In this document: positions 51,496-63,719 of the stretch, piece by piece
How positions within the stretch are numbered: position 1 is the first letter of the stretch
Layout of the letters: every line of letters begins with the position of its first letter
From: Podarcis vaucheri
Taxonomy: Eukaryota
Assembly (NCBI GenBank): GCA_965113315.1
Contig: OZ220382.1
DNA: 64,000 bases
Strand: one strand, 5' to 3'
Position numbers and translations under genes: made by a program
The notes under the pieces: generated by a model
What the model was told of the DNA's origin: nothing
The model's database searches: none
The model's input: only the letters and a program-made list of their open reading frames with translations

Positions 51496-52934
51496 CTGTT
51501 TGAGAAAGAATTAGATTCCAGATTACTTCATTTATTTTTTTCCCCATAGACATAACCGTGTTAAGAGAAACTAGTTTCTACGCAGCTGTATAAGGCATAT
51601 CTAAAAGCAGGAGGGGAATCTAATACTAAGACAAGCAAATTAGATCTACTATCAAGCCTGATTTTTTCAATCACTGCTCAGGAGAGCCAGAATTGGAACT
51701 GAGTTGTGCAACAAGGGCCAATGTGTAACACAATTGACAGCCACCATGTTGTGCAAACTCTGATGTGAAGAAAGGATAACGGCAGCAGAACTTGTTACAC
51801 ATTACGCCTTTGCATAAAATTCATTTATATGTGGCCCACATCACAGCAGGGTTATGAAAAGATACAAACATGGTTCCGAGGCTATTCTTTAGTGACGCAC
51901 ATGCAAACTCTCCATCTACATGGAATAGGGAAATGAAGCTAGTATAAACTACAGACAAATACATTCTCCTCCTCCCCCATTGCCAACACCTTCAACGCTC
52001 ATCACATTTACAGCAAGATGACATGACTAAGGAACTATTCACTCATTCACTCATTGTCCCTTGGGATTGTTCCAGCCGTGAGATAGAGAATGCACCCTGC
52101 TCCCTCTTACCACTGACAGGAGTTATCAACCATACTTGGGAGGTCTGTGCTTATTTGATTGCTGCATCTCCCCAATCCCATGAGACTGAATCCACTAGAA
52201 AGCAAGTTATACCCTGTAATTTCAAGGAAATTCAGTTTTTCAAATTGAAGTGGGATCTACTCAAGCACTTCTTATTTTATTGTGAGAAGAAATTTAGGGG
52301 AGTTGATTGGGGCAAATGAGACCAAGGCCTGCTCCTGATTCCACCATGAATAGACTTTCAAGGGCTAAGTAATGAATGAAAAAGCTCCAAGCTTATTCTC
52401 CAAAAACAGTTCCTGTACAATTCTGTGAAGAGTGAGATGGTTGTAGAAAAGCTTATTGTTCAAATTCACCCCAATGTGTGTAGGTATATATGTGTTATAA
52501 TGAGATGTGTATTAAATTCATTTCCGATTCAGACTTCCGTAGGAATATTTCTAATCTAGCCAAATGCAACCTGACACATAGTTTCCACAACTGCTAGATA
52601 CAGAAAAGAGTTCCTGCACCTTTGAGTATATGTATAAATTTCTCCTACAGAAATGAAAAGCTATACCAGCAGTTCAATGCTGACAATTCATTCATTTAAT
52701 ACAATCACTAATTTAGCAATCTGAGTATTTTAAAGGCAGCGGCAGGGGGGTTATTGCTAATTTCAGGCTTTCGTACTTGCTTACTAATAGGTGAGGCAAC
52801 AGGATAGACAATTCAGACTGGTATTTTTAAATTGTTCTCTCTCACCATCATTTCAGAGATCACCAGCACTTCACATCTGAATGTTTTCCTACCATTAAAC
52901 ACAATGTTCTATGGCAAATTGACTACTGTCTTAC

Positions 52935-53077
52935 CTCATTTCCATACATCATGAGGTGGTGTGTTGTAATTAGAGCTTTGAACACTACTACCCAGCTACT
53001 GTTTGCTGTCCTCTCAAAAAGTGTGTCTGCCAGCTGTGGAATATTCACATTCATCTCATTTGTGCACTGAATAAGAT
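52935..53077 (-). CDS. PICALML: PICALM-like exon 2
   Basis: 143 nt; [47 protein letters not shown]; tag|...|gtaag. Confidence 0.96.
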
Positions 53078-53204
53078 CTAAAATATAAGAAAACAAGATA
53101 ATTTACTTAAAACAAATATGGGAAAATGTGACAAAAACAGCAGGGCAAATGTTTTTATTTAGTGCCTTAAATATTTTGCAGGTGTTATACATAAGTGGGA
53201 AATA

Positions 53205-53559
53205 CAGTGGTGCCCCGCAAGACGAATGCCTCGCAAGACGAAAAACTCGCTAGATGAAAGGGTTTTCCGTTTTTTGAGCTGTTTCGCAAGACCAATTTCC
53301 CTATGGGCTTGCTTCGCAAGATGAAAACGTCTTGCAAGTTTGTTTCCTTTTTCTTAACACCGTTAATACAGTTGGAACTTGACTTCGAGGAGCAACTCAT
53401 AGAATGCGGTGTGGTAGCCTTTTTTTGAGGTTTTTGAAGACTTTGATGATTTTTGAAGCTTTTCCAAAACTTTCCTGACACCGTTCTTCGCAAGACGAAA
53501 AATTCGCTAGACGAAAAAACTCACGGAACGAATTAATTTTGTCTTGCGAGGCACCACTG
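53205..53559. mobile_element. Tc1/mariner (Tigger-like) MITE
   Basis: TA|CAGTGGTGCCCCGCAAGAC...GTCTTGCGAGGCACCACTG|TA; internal CGCAAGACGAA repeats. Confidence 0.9.
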
Positions 53560-54044
53560 TACGCTTAAGAAGCCTCTCATTAGGAATCTGGCCTGCAAGC
53601 AATCTGGTTGCCAGTCCATTCTTTCCTCATTCCCTAACCTCACATTCTCCAGGTTTCTGCCATTTCTTCTTTAACAATAACTATGCACTCCAGGGGTACG
53701 GGGGGGGGGGAGAGAAACAGGCTTAAATAAATCCCAAATGCTGCTTTCCTTTTGCATATCTTTCAGTATCAAGTTGCTCCCTTTTCTCTTTTTCATTAAT
53801 TCCTTGCACTGGTAAAGACAATACTTCAAGCTTTCTAAAACCAGTCTCTATATTAAGCTCTGTGCCTTTCTGACACCCAACCTTTGGTTAAAAATAGTCT
53901 CACAGAGCCACAGCATGCAAGCAGGTGCTGAAAAGAGTGTGCTACCAACTCAATAAAGAAAAATAAAGTGTATTATCTTGAAATAAATAAGTGTTCTCTC
54001 TTCCCAAGAGGAGGAATAAAAGATGTGAGCATTGACTATAGGCA

Positions 54045-54094
<50 letters not shown>

Positions 54095-54365
54095 ATTTCT
54101 ATACTATCATTCATCAGAAGATCACAGGGTATTTTAGGAAAATGGTAAATGACCCCTGGATAGTTAAGTCCAGTCAAAGGTAACTATGGGGTACGGTGCT
54201 CATTTTACTTCAGGCCGAGGGATCAGCTGTTTGTCCACGGACAGTTTTCTGGGTTATGTGCCCAGCATGACTAAACTGCTTCTGGTGCAACAAAGCACCA
54301 TGACAGAAGCCAGAGTGCACAGAAACGCTGTTTATCTTCCCTCCACAGCGGTACCTATTTATCTA

Positions 54366-54594
54366 CAGTGGTACCTTGGGTTACAAACATCTCAGGTTAC
54401 AAACACTTCGGGTTACAGACTCTGCTAACCCGGAAGTAGTACCTCAGGTTCAGAACTGTGCCTGCCCCAGGATGAGAACAGAAATCGTGTGCTGGTGGCA
54501 CAGCAGCAGTGGTAGGCCGCATTAACTAAAGTGGTACCTCAGGTTAGGAACGGACCTCCGGAACGAATTAAGATCGTAACCAGAAGTACCAATG
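54366..54594. mobile_element. Tc1/mariner (Tigger-like) MITE
   Basis: TA|CAGTGGTACC...AGTACCAATG|TA. Confidence 0.88.
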
Positions 54595-54596
54595 TA

Positions 54597-55416
54597 CCGT
54601 ATTTTTCGCTCTATAACACGCACCTGACCATAACACGCACATCGTTTTTAGAGGAGGAAAACAAGGGAAAAAATATTCTGAATGAAACAGTGGACGTATC
54701 ATTTTTGTGCTTCATGCTGTGGCCACAGACATGTGATCTGATGGTGAATTTAGGGTGACCCAATGCAAAAATCCTGAGAATCCCTGTGGATCCATGCTTT
54801 GTAACCATGTTTTTGCACCATTGCAGCCCCAGGCAACAGTGGGTGCGTGATTTTTTTTTGGGGGGGGGGACAGGCTGTAGCCATGGACATGCTATGTGCT
54901 CTGATGGTGAATTTTGGCTGACCCAATGCAAAGATCCTGAGGATCCATGTGGATCCATGCTTTGTAACCACGTTTTTGCACCATTGCAGCCCCAGGCAAC
55001 AGTGGGTGCGTGATTTTTTTTTTGGGGGGGGGACAGGCTGTAGCCATGGACATGCTATGTGCTCTGATGGTGAATTTTGGCTGACCCAATGCAAAGATCC
55101 TGAGGATCCATGTGGATTCATGCTTTGTAACCACGTTTTTGCACCATTGCAGCCCCAGGCAAGAGTGGGTGCGTGATTTTTTTGGGGGGGGGCAGGCTGT
55201 AGCCATGGACATGCTGTGTGCTCTGATGGTGAATTTGGGGTGACCCAATGCAAAGATCCTGAGGATCCATGTGGATCCATGCTTTGTAACCACATTTTAA
55301 GTGGGGAGGGAAGGAAAAACACAGAAGGCTAAGAATGCAGGAGAGGGCTATAACGTGAGGAAAGGAAGGCAAAAGTTTCCCCCCACCTACCCACACAAGC
55401 CAGCCAGCGTGTGCTT

Positions 55417-55462
<46 letters not shown>

Positions 55463-55898
55463 TTTAAATGGAAGAAAGCATATTTGAATGCTGTGTGTCT
55501 CCAAAAACAAAAAGCAGGAAGTCAAATCAGAATTTTAAGCCGAACCTGTAATCTCTCTTCCCTTCACAAACATTGTTCCTCCGGAGCAGGGAGAGGATAG
55601 AAGGACGGACGCTCTGCTTTCCTCTCTTCTTGCCTGGAGGGGAGGGGCTTCCCCTGCTCTTTGTTCCGTTTGAGCAAACACAGTAACGAAACAGAGAGGG
55701 CGGGCAGTAAGACCCTGAGGCAGAATGCAGGAAAGCTGCCACTTCCTCTCTTCAGGCTTCCCTTCTCCCTGAAGCGCGGTTTGATTTTTGCCTCATTTTT
55801 CGGCTCCAGGGACCACACATTCGCTCCATAACACGCACAGACATTTCCCCTTCCTTTTTAGGAGAAAAAATCTGCGTGTTATAGAGCGAAAAATACGG
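54597..55898. mobile_element. 1.3-kb non-autonomous Tc1/mariner (pogo-like) element with tandem array and unrelated interior
   Basis: TIR CCGTATTTTTCGCTCTATAACACGCA/TGCGTGTTATAGAGCGAAAAATACGG; TA TSD. Confidence 0.92.
54738..55293. repeat. About 163-bp tandem repeat, 3.4 copies
   Basis: CTGATGGTGAATTT recurs at 54738, 54901, 55064, 55223. Confidence 0.95.
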
Positions 55899-56132
55899 TA
55901 CTTGCACACTGGTGTGCTTTCGAAATGCTAGGTTGGCAGAAGTTGGGACAGAGGAATGGGCGCACACCCCATCGCGTGGATTCAAACCACCGAACTTCCG
56001 ATCAGCGAGCCCAAGAGCCTCGGTGATTTAGACCACAGCGCCACCCACTCCCATTCTACAGGGTAGTTTACAATATAAAAATACAAAAATACACAACATT
56101 GCAACAAACAAAAATAGTAACTCCCCACATTA

Positions 56133-56369
56133 CAGTGGTACCTTGGTTTTTGAACATCTCCATTGATGAACATTTCGGTTTTCAAACACCGTAAATCCAG
56201 AAGTAAATGGTTTGGTTTTCGGACAAGCCTTGGAAATTGAACATGCCACGCGGCTTCCGTATTGAGTTTTCCATACTGAGGCTTTTGTTTTGAGTTTTCG
56301 GTTTTTGAACATTTCAGAACTCGAACAGTCTTCTGGAATGGATTACATTTGAAAACCCAGGTACCACTG
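56133..56369. mobile_element. Tc1/mariner (Tigger-like) MITE
   Basis: TA|CAGTGGTACCT...AGGTACCACTG|TA. Confidence 0.88.
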
Positions 56370-57879
56370 TATTATTATTATTATTTATTACATTTCTATT
56401 AGAAGAAGCCATCTAAACCAAAGCAGGAATCTAAGACCAATACATCTGGCAAAGAGCCAGTGCAAAAGAGGTTTGCCCCTTCCAACATTTCAAAGCAAGG
56501 ATAAAAGCTTTATAGTTTCTCTGGAGACCTTACAACACACAGCGGGCAAGGGGAGGGTCAGATGTGGGAAGCATTTGCACAGGCTGGAAAGAATTGTACA
56601 GTGAAATGGCACTACCCCAATGCTTTGGCAATAAGCAAAACTAAACTGTCTATATTCACTGAGATTATTTTCACTTTACAATGGAACATTTATGCTTAGA
56701 AATGTGAAGGCCTGGGAAAAACTGGAGCCCCCCATTTGGGGGGGGGGCTTCACATCTCCATTTATGATGCAATTAATCATTTACTCTGGAGTAATCCAAA
56801 CTTCCTTCAGTAGAGTACCTTACAGCAAAACAGGAGACGGCTGGTTTAAGTCCTCCAACAGAGAACAAGTAGGGGAAAGAGTCTCTGCAAGCACCGGGTG
56901 GCCAACTGAGAAAAACCATAGAAAATGAGTTAAGGGCAATTCCCAGGGCCAGGCTACACTGGTGCTGCACTACAGGGATCCCCACCCTGCAAATATCAAC
57001 CAACAAAGCAAGGAAGGGAACTTGTAGCAGGGTGGTAATAATGGTAAATAGCTACTACTGTATATCTAGCCTGTTTTCTACTTAGTCTCAGAGCAGCTAG
57101 CAGCACAAGTAAAACTGTAATCATGAAATACGTGATTACGTTAAGAGTTACGAAATGTGAGTAAACCTCCATGGGTAGGTGGAAGAAAACTTCTTACAAC
57201 TACAGTATTCTTGCTCTTTTAGAGTAGTTTTTCAAAAGGGCTAAGTCCCCAAAGATGACCGTCCCGGCCACAGCTCACACAAAGTACTGAACTATCTTCA
57301 GAACTTGCAAGGCAACTATGGACTTAGAAGGGCAAAGGGCAATTCCCCAAGGACTGCTACAGCTTGCCACAGTATCAGGCTCACCTTTTGCTTGCCTTCT
57401 TTTAACTCATGCATTCCAAACCGCAGGGATCAATTTATAAATGTGAACATGTGCCAAAAGATCCTGCAATGCTCCCCCGCCCAGTGTTCTTCGCTTTTTT
57501 TTGAACTCAGGCCCCTTTTAAAAACCTATTTTACCCTTCTGGGGCCTCTAACCCAGCACAAATAGTCTGTGAATCTGCAGCAATCTTCGCATGCAGTGGT
57601 ATGCAGTTACTACCACTACTAAAGGTAAAGGATAAAGGTTAGTAGCTACAGACAGAAGAACTTATCCCAATGCCAGCACTAAAACAGAAAATGAGCGGGA
57701 CATCTCTGATCTCCTTTCCCAAAAGCAGCAATTCTATCCAAACCCCGTTCTCAAATCTCAAGAAGATGGGAGAGTGAGGGTGCAGCTGCTATCACACTCA
57801 GGAACACAGTGCGGATGAACAAGGGTCCTCTGCCAGGTCAGCATGCAAGTTTCCATTCAGCATATTTGCAAAATATTGT

Positions 57880-58310
57880 GGAAAATTGGAGTGCATACAT
57901 TATTGCAGTGCACTCTGTGTGTGGCTACCCTTGAGATTGATCCAGAGGCTTCTGCTAGTACAGAATTCAGAGGCTAGGTTGCTTGTGGGAGCAAAGTATC
58001 ACCAACGCATTCTGCAAATTGTCTGCAGGATTTACACTGACTGGCAATCTGCTGCTGGGCCAAGTTCAAGGTTTTAGTATGAATATATAAGACCCTATAC
58101 AGCTCTGGACCACTTTACTTAAGAGACCACCTCATCCCTTATATACCTGGTAGGCCACTGCGTTCTGAAGGACAGTTTTTCCTCTAAGCCCCTAAAATAT
58201 CAGACGCCTGTTCACAGCAACTGGGCTTTCAGTGTGGATGCTCCTATTTCATGGAACAACATTCCTACTGAGATATGACTATTTCCATAAAAAACTGAAG
58301 ATGCTGTGCA
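57880..58310 (+). mobile_element. Old L2 3' fragment
   Basis: HYCSALCVWLPLRLIQRLLLVQNSEARLL resembles L2 DYCNALYVGLPLK..LQLIQNAAARL. Confidence 0.75.
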
Positions 58311-58738
58311 TTAGCTTTCCACCACTGTGTGGCAGGTGCTGCTGTCTAGAAGAGCTGAGCCTTTAATGAGGGGATACACAAGATCAATTAACCGCTGCTC
58401 GTCTTGACAATTAGAAGAAAAGCATTAGACCTGGAAGACTAAGAACCAACCTCAGGGAATAATATCTAATTTACTCCACCAATACCTTGTTTCTCACAAC
58501 TACTGGATCTCTGTTGTCAGGGAAATGCTTTCTGCCACACCCATTATTCCAATTGCGCGCACATAATGATCCACATCTGAGGTCTGTTTGTACTGCTACA
58601 ATTGCATTTTGTACCAGGTGTAAACCCGATTGCTATATTCTACATATTCTTTTCAAAAAATGTAGTAGGATTATTATTGTTAGTAGCCTTGAACAATATT
58701 GGAGGGAAAGGAGAGAAATGAATGTAAATAATATAAGG

Positions 58739-58739
<1 letters not shown>

Positions 58740-58785
<46 letters not shown>

Positions 58786-58786
58786 A
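58740..58786. repeat. (GAAA)n microsatellite
   Basis: About 11 tetranucleotide units. Confidence 0.95.
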
Positions 58787-59297
58787 CCAGCTCCTGGTGA
58801 GGGGGATGAAAAAGGCATCTATTGCTTGTCATTTCCTAGAATTCTGAGCCCTCTACCAGGTGCCCCCCCAAAGGCGGAAGAGCTGCCCCATAGCTTGAGA
58901 ACTAAGGATTTATTTAAAATGGACACCCCAAATTGGAGGACAAAGCTATACGACCTTAACTGCAAATACTTTTTCAATTTATGAAAACCAAAGATAGTAA
59001 TGCTGGCCTGTAAGAAAAATACTTCCAAATCCAGAGTTGAGCAAATAACTGGAACCAACCCAAAATGTAACAAAATTGTGGCAAACTTTAAAGTTTTTCA
59101 GAACTCTTAATCAGGAAACTTGTTACATTAAGCAGTGGGTGGGGGCGGGGGGGACACAAGGAAAAATAGGTTAAATGTTATGAAGACTTACAGTCCTATT
59201 TTTCTTCAAATTTTCCCTTGAATTATGGAACCAACCATCCACTATATGAATATGTGAAAGATCCAGTTATTTAAAGGTATCTATGGATTTCCTATCA

Positions 59298-59638
59298 GGG
59301 ACGTGGGTGGCGCTGTGGGTTAAACCACAGAGCCTAGGACTTGCCGATCAGAAGGTTGGAGGTTCGAATCCCCACGACGTAGTGAACTCCTGTTGCTCGG
59401 TCCCTGCTCCTGCCAACCTAGCAGTTCGAAAGCGCATCAAAGTGCAAGTAAATAAATAGCTACCGCTCCGGCAGGAAGGTAAACGGCGTTTCTGTGTGCT
59501 GCTCTGGTTCGCCAGAAGCGGCTTAGTCATGCTGGCCACATGACTGTACGCCGGCTCCCTCAGCCGTTAAAGTGAGATGAGCGCCGCAACCCCAGAGTCG
59601 GTCACGACTGGACCTAATGGTCAGGGGTCCCTTTACCT
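59298..59638 (+). mobile_element. Sauria SINE, full length
   Basis: GGGACGTGGGTGGCGCTGTGGG head, B-box GGTTCGAATCC, CCTTTACCT tail; TSD TATGGATTTCCTA (59282-59294, 59642-59654). Confidence 0.93.
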
Positions 59639-60924
59639 ATTTATGGATTTCCTAGTAAATCACATTGATTTGTACACAAGCTTCTTGAATTTATCAAGAG
59701 ATATAAACAGCGCAAGTTGCAGTTCAGAAGAAAATATAGTTTTTCTATTGTAATAATGACCAGAACAATTCAGTGTGTTTGCCTCAGATTCTAATCATCA
59801 TAGTTTTTTCCTAGGATCACAATGATCATATCCAGCCTCATGCAAGTTGCATCAAAACATTATTCTCCAAGAAATGTCTATTGCTAACAGTTTTAAACAC
59901 ACTGAAAAGGAACCCCAAGTTTTCTTAGAAAGCAGACTACTGCTGCTTGTGAGGAGTATGCCTTAATTTCTAGTTTGGTTTCCCTGCATGCTTCCCACAC
60001 ACAAACCTCCTGCAACCACATAATCTCTAGTCTTGGGAAGGCTCACAATAAAAAGAATCCACATTTTGGACTAAAATGAAAGCAACCTTCTTTACTACTA
60101 GCTAAGGCAAGATGCAACAGTGCATGTTTAGTGAAGAATGAGATCTGTGTATTGTGATCTGTGAATGTGCCTGCTGGATGACTCTCAATAAAAATGAACA
60201 AATATATTTTCACATTTCATTACTCTGACAAGCTGCTCTGAGGAATGCAAATGTACTGGAAGGGTAGGTTATAAATCTCTTGAACAAACAAATGCATACA
60301 TAGACCTATTGCTGGGCAGTGATATTAATATAATTGCAATATGGTGTATATATAAATCTGTATCAGAAGTTAATGTCAGCATCCCTTCCACTAATAGATC
60401 ACATAAGCCACCTCTTGGGCCAGTTCAGATAAAGATTTTCTCTTCCTGGCCATTTCCAAACACCCCTGGGTATAAAATGCAATATGAGATGTGCATCAAT
60501 CCCTTCAGCAAGCAATTTAAATGATTGTGGCAGTACCTTATGGCGCCCCCACCACTGCTTGCTTATTCAGAGGTTGTGTTTCTCCATAGGATCATATGCA
60601 CAAGAGAATACCCAAGAGCAATTATGTGGAGAAAAGCACCAAGGAAGGTGCATGCATGAAGCAGGTGAAGACCCATTATCCAGCTGGGGAAAATCTGTCA
60701 GATCAAAAGTATATTAAATTGTTTCCAAAAAGTGCAGATAGTGGGCACCTGTCACATCTCAACAGGAATGCTTTTCCACTGAGTGGGCTTCTGAGATCTT
60801 TGTAACTTGCATCAGAAACTCTTCCACAGACTGCAACAATCTACTGGGTGTATAAAGGGTAAGGCAGTCTCTTGTAACTTGGTCCTAAGCTTCATAGAGA
60901 TTTATATGTCAGTAATAACATATT

Positions 60925-61248
60925 GGGGATGCAGGTAGCACTGTGGTCTAAACCACTGAGCCTCTTGGGCTCGGCAGTTCAAATCCCCGCAACGGAGTGA
61001 GGTCCCATTGCTCGGTCCCAGCTGCCAGCCTAGCAGTTCGAAAGCACACCAGAAAGTGCAAGTAGATAATTAGGTACTGCTTCGGTGGGAAGGTAAACGG
61101 TGTTTCCATGCGCTGCTCTGGTTTCACCATGCTGGCCACATGACCCGGAAAAACTGTCTGTGGACAAACACCGGCTCCCTCAGCCTGTAAAGCGAGATGA
61201 GCGCTGCAACTGGACTTAACTGTCAGGGGTCCTTTACCTTTACCTTTT
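60925..61248 (+). mobile_element. Sauria SINE inserted in an old L2 fragment
   Basis: Same head/tail, (ACCTTT)n end; TSD TAATAACA (60913-60920, 61249-61256). Confidence 0.88.
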
Positions 61249-61419
61249 TAATAACACTTTGAATTTCGCCCAGTAGCAAACTGGCAGTCAGTGCAAATCC
61301 TGAAAGCAAGGTGTTATAAGCCAACAGAAATAAAGATTATGAAGTACTAAAACCACAATGGGCACCTGTAACATTCGCAATTTCAAATGCATCATTTCCC
61401 CATCAGTGCTGCTTAACTA

Positions 61420-62125
61420 CATATTGTTGTTGAAATCCATCTGCCTCAAGAGACAATGGAGGAGTGCACACTTGGGGGTGAAGCCAAACTGCTGGAAGTT
61501 TGACCAATATTAGAGAGATGTTTTGTTACAGCTGGGTCAGATTAAGGCATCCAATTGTGCTACTACAGATGTACCAAGGCGTTTCTTCTTTCTGTGCTCT
61601 TCCCGGTGGTCATTCCTCCTCTGTTAACTGCTGTGGATAAACAACCTGACTGTCCGTCTCTAGGCACTGTGGTTGTCTGCAAGGGTTTTCCACATGGCAG
61701 GGTTAATGTTGCCAGCCTTCATGTTCTCAGACATCTTTGCAAACCAGAATTAGTCTGCCAACAGGCCTAGTGCCTGAAGCCAGGCTCCTCATAGAGCATG
61801 TCCTTGGGGGTCCTGTTATCTTCCATTGTGTGGGCATGACCAAGCTCCTGGCAGGTGCAAGTTGCCCATGTCTCACTATCACAAAGCAGTGTGCTCATCT
61901 TGGTATTGGACGTTAGCATCACATTCTCCCATATCCTTTTGGAGAGGCAAGCCATTGCCATAGATGTTTTGCCAATACACTTGTCCAGCTCAGCATCAAT
62001 GGAAAGGTTGTTGGTTATGGTGGAACCCAGGTAAACAAAAATGTCTACTACATAGGAATTATTGCTATAAACTGTGTAGATGGATGATCTGATCAAACCT
62101 TCAGATCTACATGAGACCACATAGA
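61420..62125 (-). mobile_element. RTE-clade (BovB-related) LINE 3' fragment
   Basis: FVYLGSTITNNLSIDAELDKCIGK...LSKRIWEN..LTSNTKM...TLLCDSETW...MEDNRTPKDMLY. Confidence 0.8.
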
Positions 62126-63719
62126 CTGAAGCTAGTGGACATTAACACAACACAGAGTTTTAGTGAATGAAGTGAAGGAAAATTTGTGTTTCAATATCAC
62201 ACATTATGATGAAATCTCATTAAAATTCAATAGTAACAAAATCCAAGATAACAATTCACTACACATATGAACATCTGGCTTAATGAAGGTTAATTTACCG
62301 ATTCTGAGAATTTTGAAATAATGACCAAGATAGAGTTGTGTATTGGTCTTTTATAACAAAACTTCAGAATTTCAGTGAGACACATCTTCCACGGGGAGAA
62401 AGCATTATGATACTGACATGTTCTTCTCCTGACATGTTCCTACTCTTCTCTTTGCATATATGAAGACCATGTGCACAGAAAGCAGCACAGGAATTGTTTA
62501 CCAACATTTATACCCAACGGCAACTATGGAGGCAACATTCAACTCTTCCTTGATGCTTCCCTCTTTCACTTGCAGCTGTTTAAAAAGCTCTGCTGTTGCT
62601 GCTTCACAGAAATGACCAGGAGAAAAAGGATGGAAATAGCAGCCCTGTTCCATTTCTGTGGATCAAGGAAGACTGAAGCTCATTGAAGATTGAAGATCAT
62701 TGAAGCTAAGTGGCCTCGATCCTCAGAAATGGGGCAGGGCTGCTCTGAAGAGGAATAAGCCTTTACATTACACTAGAAAGAAATGGAGACTATAGGTGAT
62801 GGCTCACAGGATGAGGTACAAAAAACCAGATCCATCCCCACTAATGCCAGCAAATGATTATCTGAAAAGCTGCTAGTTCATATGCTTGTTTTGGAAATTT
62901 TATTCATCTGAGTTCTATTATAATTATTACTACTACAACAATACCATCATCACTGTGCATGGGGTTTTAAGAGTAACTTAACCGAAGTACAGATCCCTGC
63001 CTTGAAGATCTTATGGTCTATAAATTTCCACAGTTGGGAGACCAACACAGAGGAGAAAAGGGAAAGGTGCAGGTAACAAGAAGCAAACATGAGGACTCAT
63101 GGTTATAGAGGCCCCCAGTCTTTTTAACATTTACATGAAACCACTGGAAGCTAACCCAATTTGGTTTCTATTGTATTGCACTCATGAGCTCTGCATAATT
63201 ATTCTCCATAATAATTCTGCATAATTACTACAAGGAGTACTGTACTTCTTCTAGCCTACATCTTCCTTACAAAAGAACTTTGTATTACAGTATCTGCTAG
63301 AGATCATCATAAACTTACAACTGTTTTCTGTATTTCCAAAAAAAAAAAAAAAAAGGAGCTCCTTAGGGTGTTTCTTGTCACAGCATGCCTCTGAGACTAA
63401 CAAGTTCTGATTTCCTCCATTACCATACAAGGATCCAATTCAGAACTCTGTTGTGCCATGCAGTGCTGTAGGCTACTGTATTCTAAATCCCTGGCATTCT
63501 TTACCCTGGCAAACCCCAGGCATATCTTGTGTTCAGACTGCATGGTTCAGCTGCTGTGCAGCAGCCAAAGAGGTGTTATTGTAACTAATCCTCAGAACAG
63601 TACCTACTAAGAAGCTACAACTCCCCTGAGCCCGATCCACAATGGCTGGGAAGTGCTGCAGCTGTGCCAACTAGCTGCAGAAGTCTGATGGGTGTTCTAC
63701 AGCTGACTGCCTATGTCAT

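Larger units (their letters stand above)
25452..53077 (-). other. PICALML: PICALM-like gene (ANTH-domain clathrin assembly protein, CALM/AP180 family), coding exons 2-21; exon 1 beyond window end
   Basis: 20 exons (1862 nt) splice into one frame from [22 protein letters not shown] to IQFM*; ANTH exon sizes 143/76/103/94/112/107/42/86/124 match the PICALM layout as recalled, but the sequence is distinctly diverged; symbol is my paralogue assignment. Confidence 0.88.
54141..56052 (-). mobile_element. Sauria SINE split by two MITEs (54141-54365 and 55899-56052)
   Basis: Halves rejoin as GGTACCTATTTATC-TA-CTTGCAC, as in the intact copy near 25781; TSD ACAGGGTA(T/G)TTTA at 54124-54136 and 56058-56070. 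Confidence 0.88.

Noticed and set aside
25452-53077. Assignment as SNAP91 (AP180) or canonical PICALM
   Set aside because: Lacks the long DLF/FxDxF-rich AP180 middle region and ends IQFM; too many ANTH substitutions and the wrong neighbour for PICALM, though a tree is needed to be sure.
54611-55525. Cys/His-rich repeat protein ORFs
   Set aside because: They arise from a 163-bp non-triplet tandem repeat inside a transposon, so peptides rotate through frames.
59298-59375. tRNA genes (also about 12545-12610 and 17105-17168)
   Set aside because: A/B boxes belong to SINE heads that continue into SINE bodies and tails.
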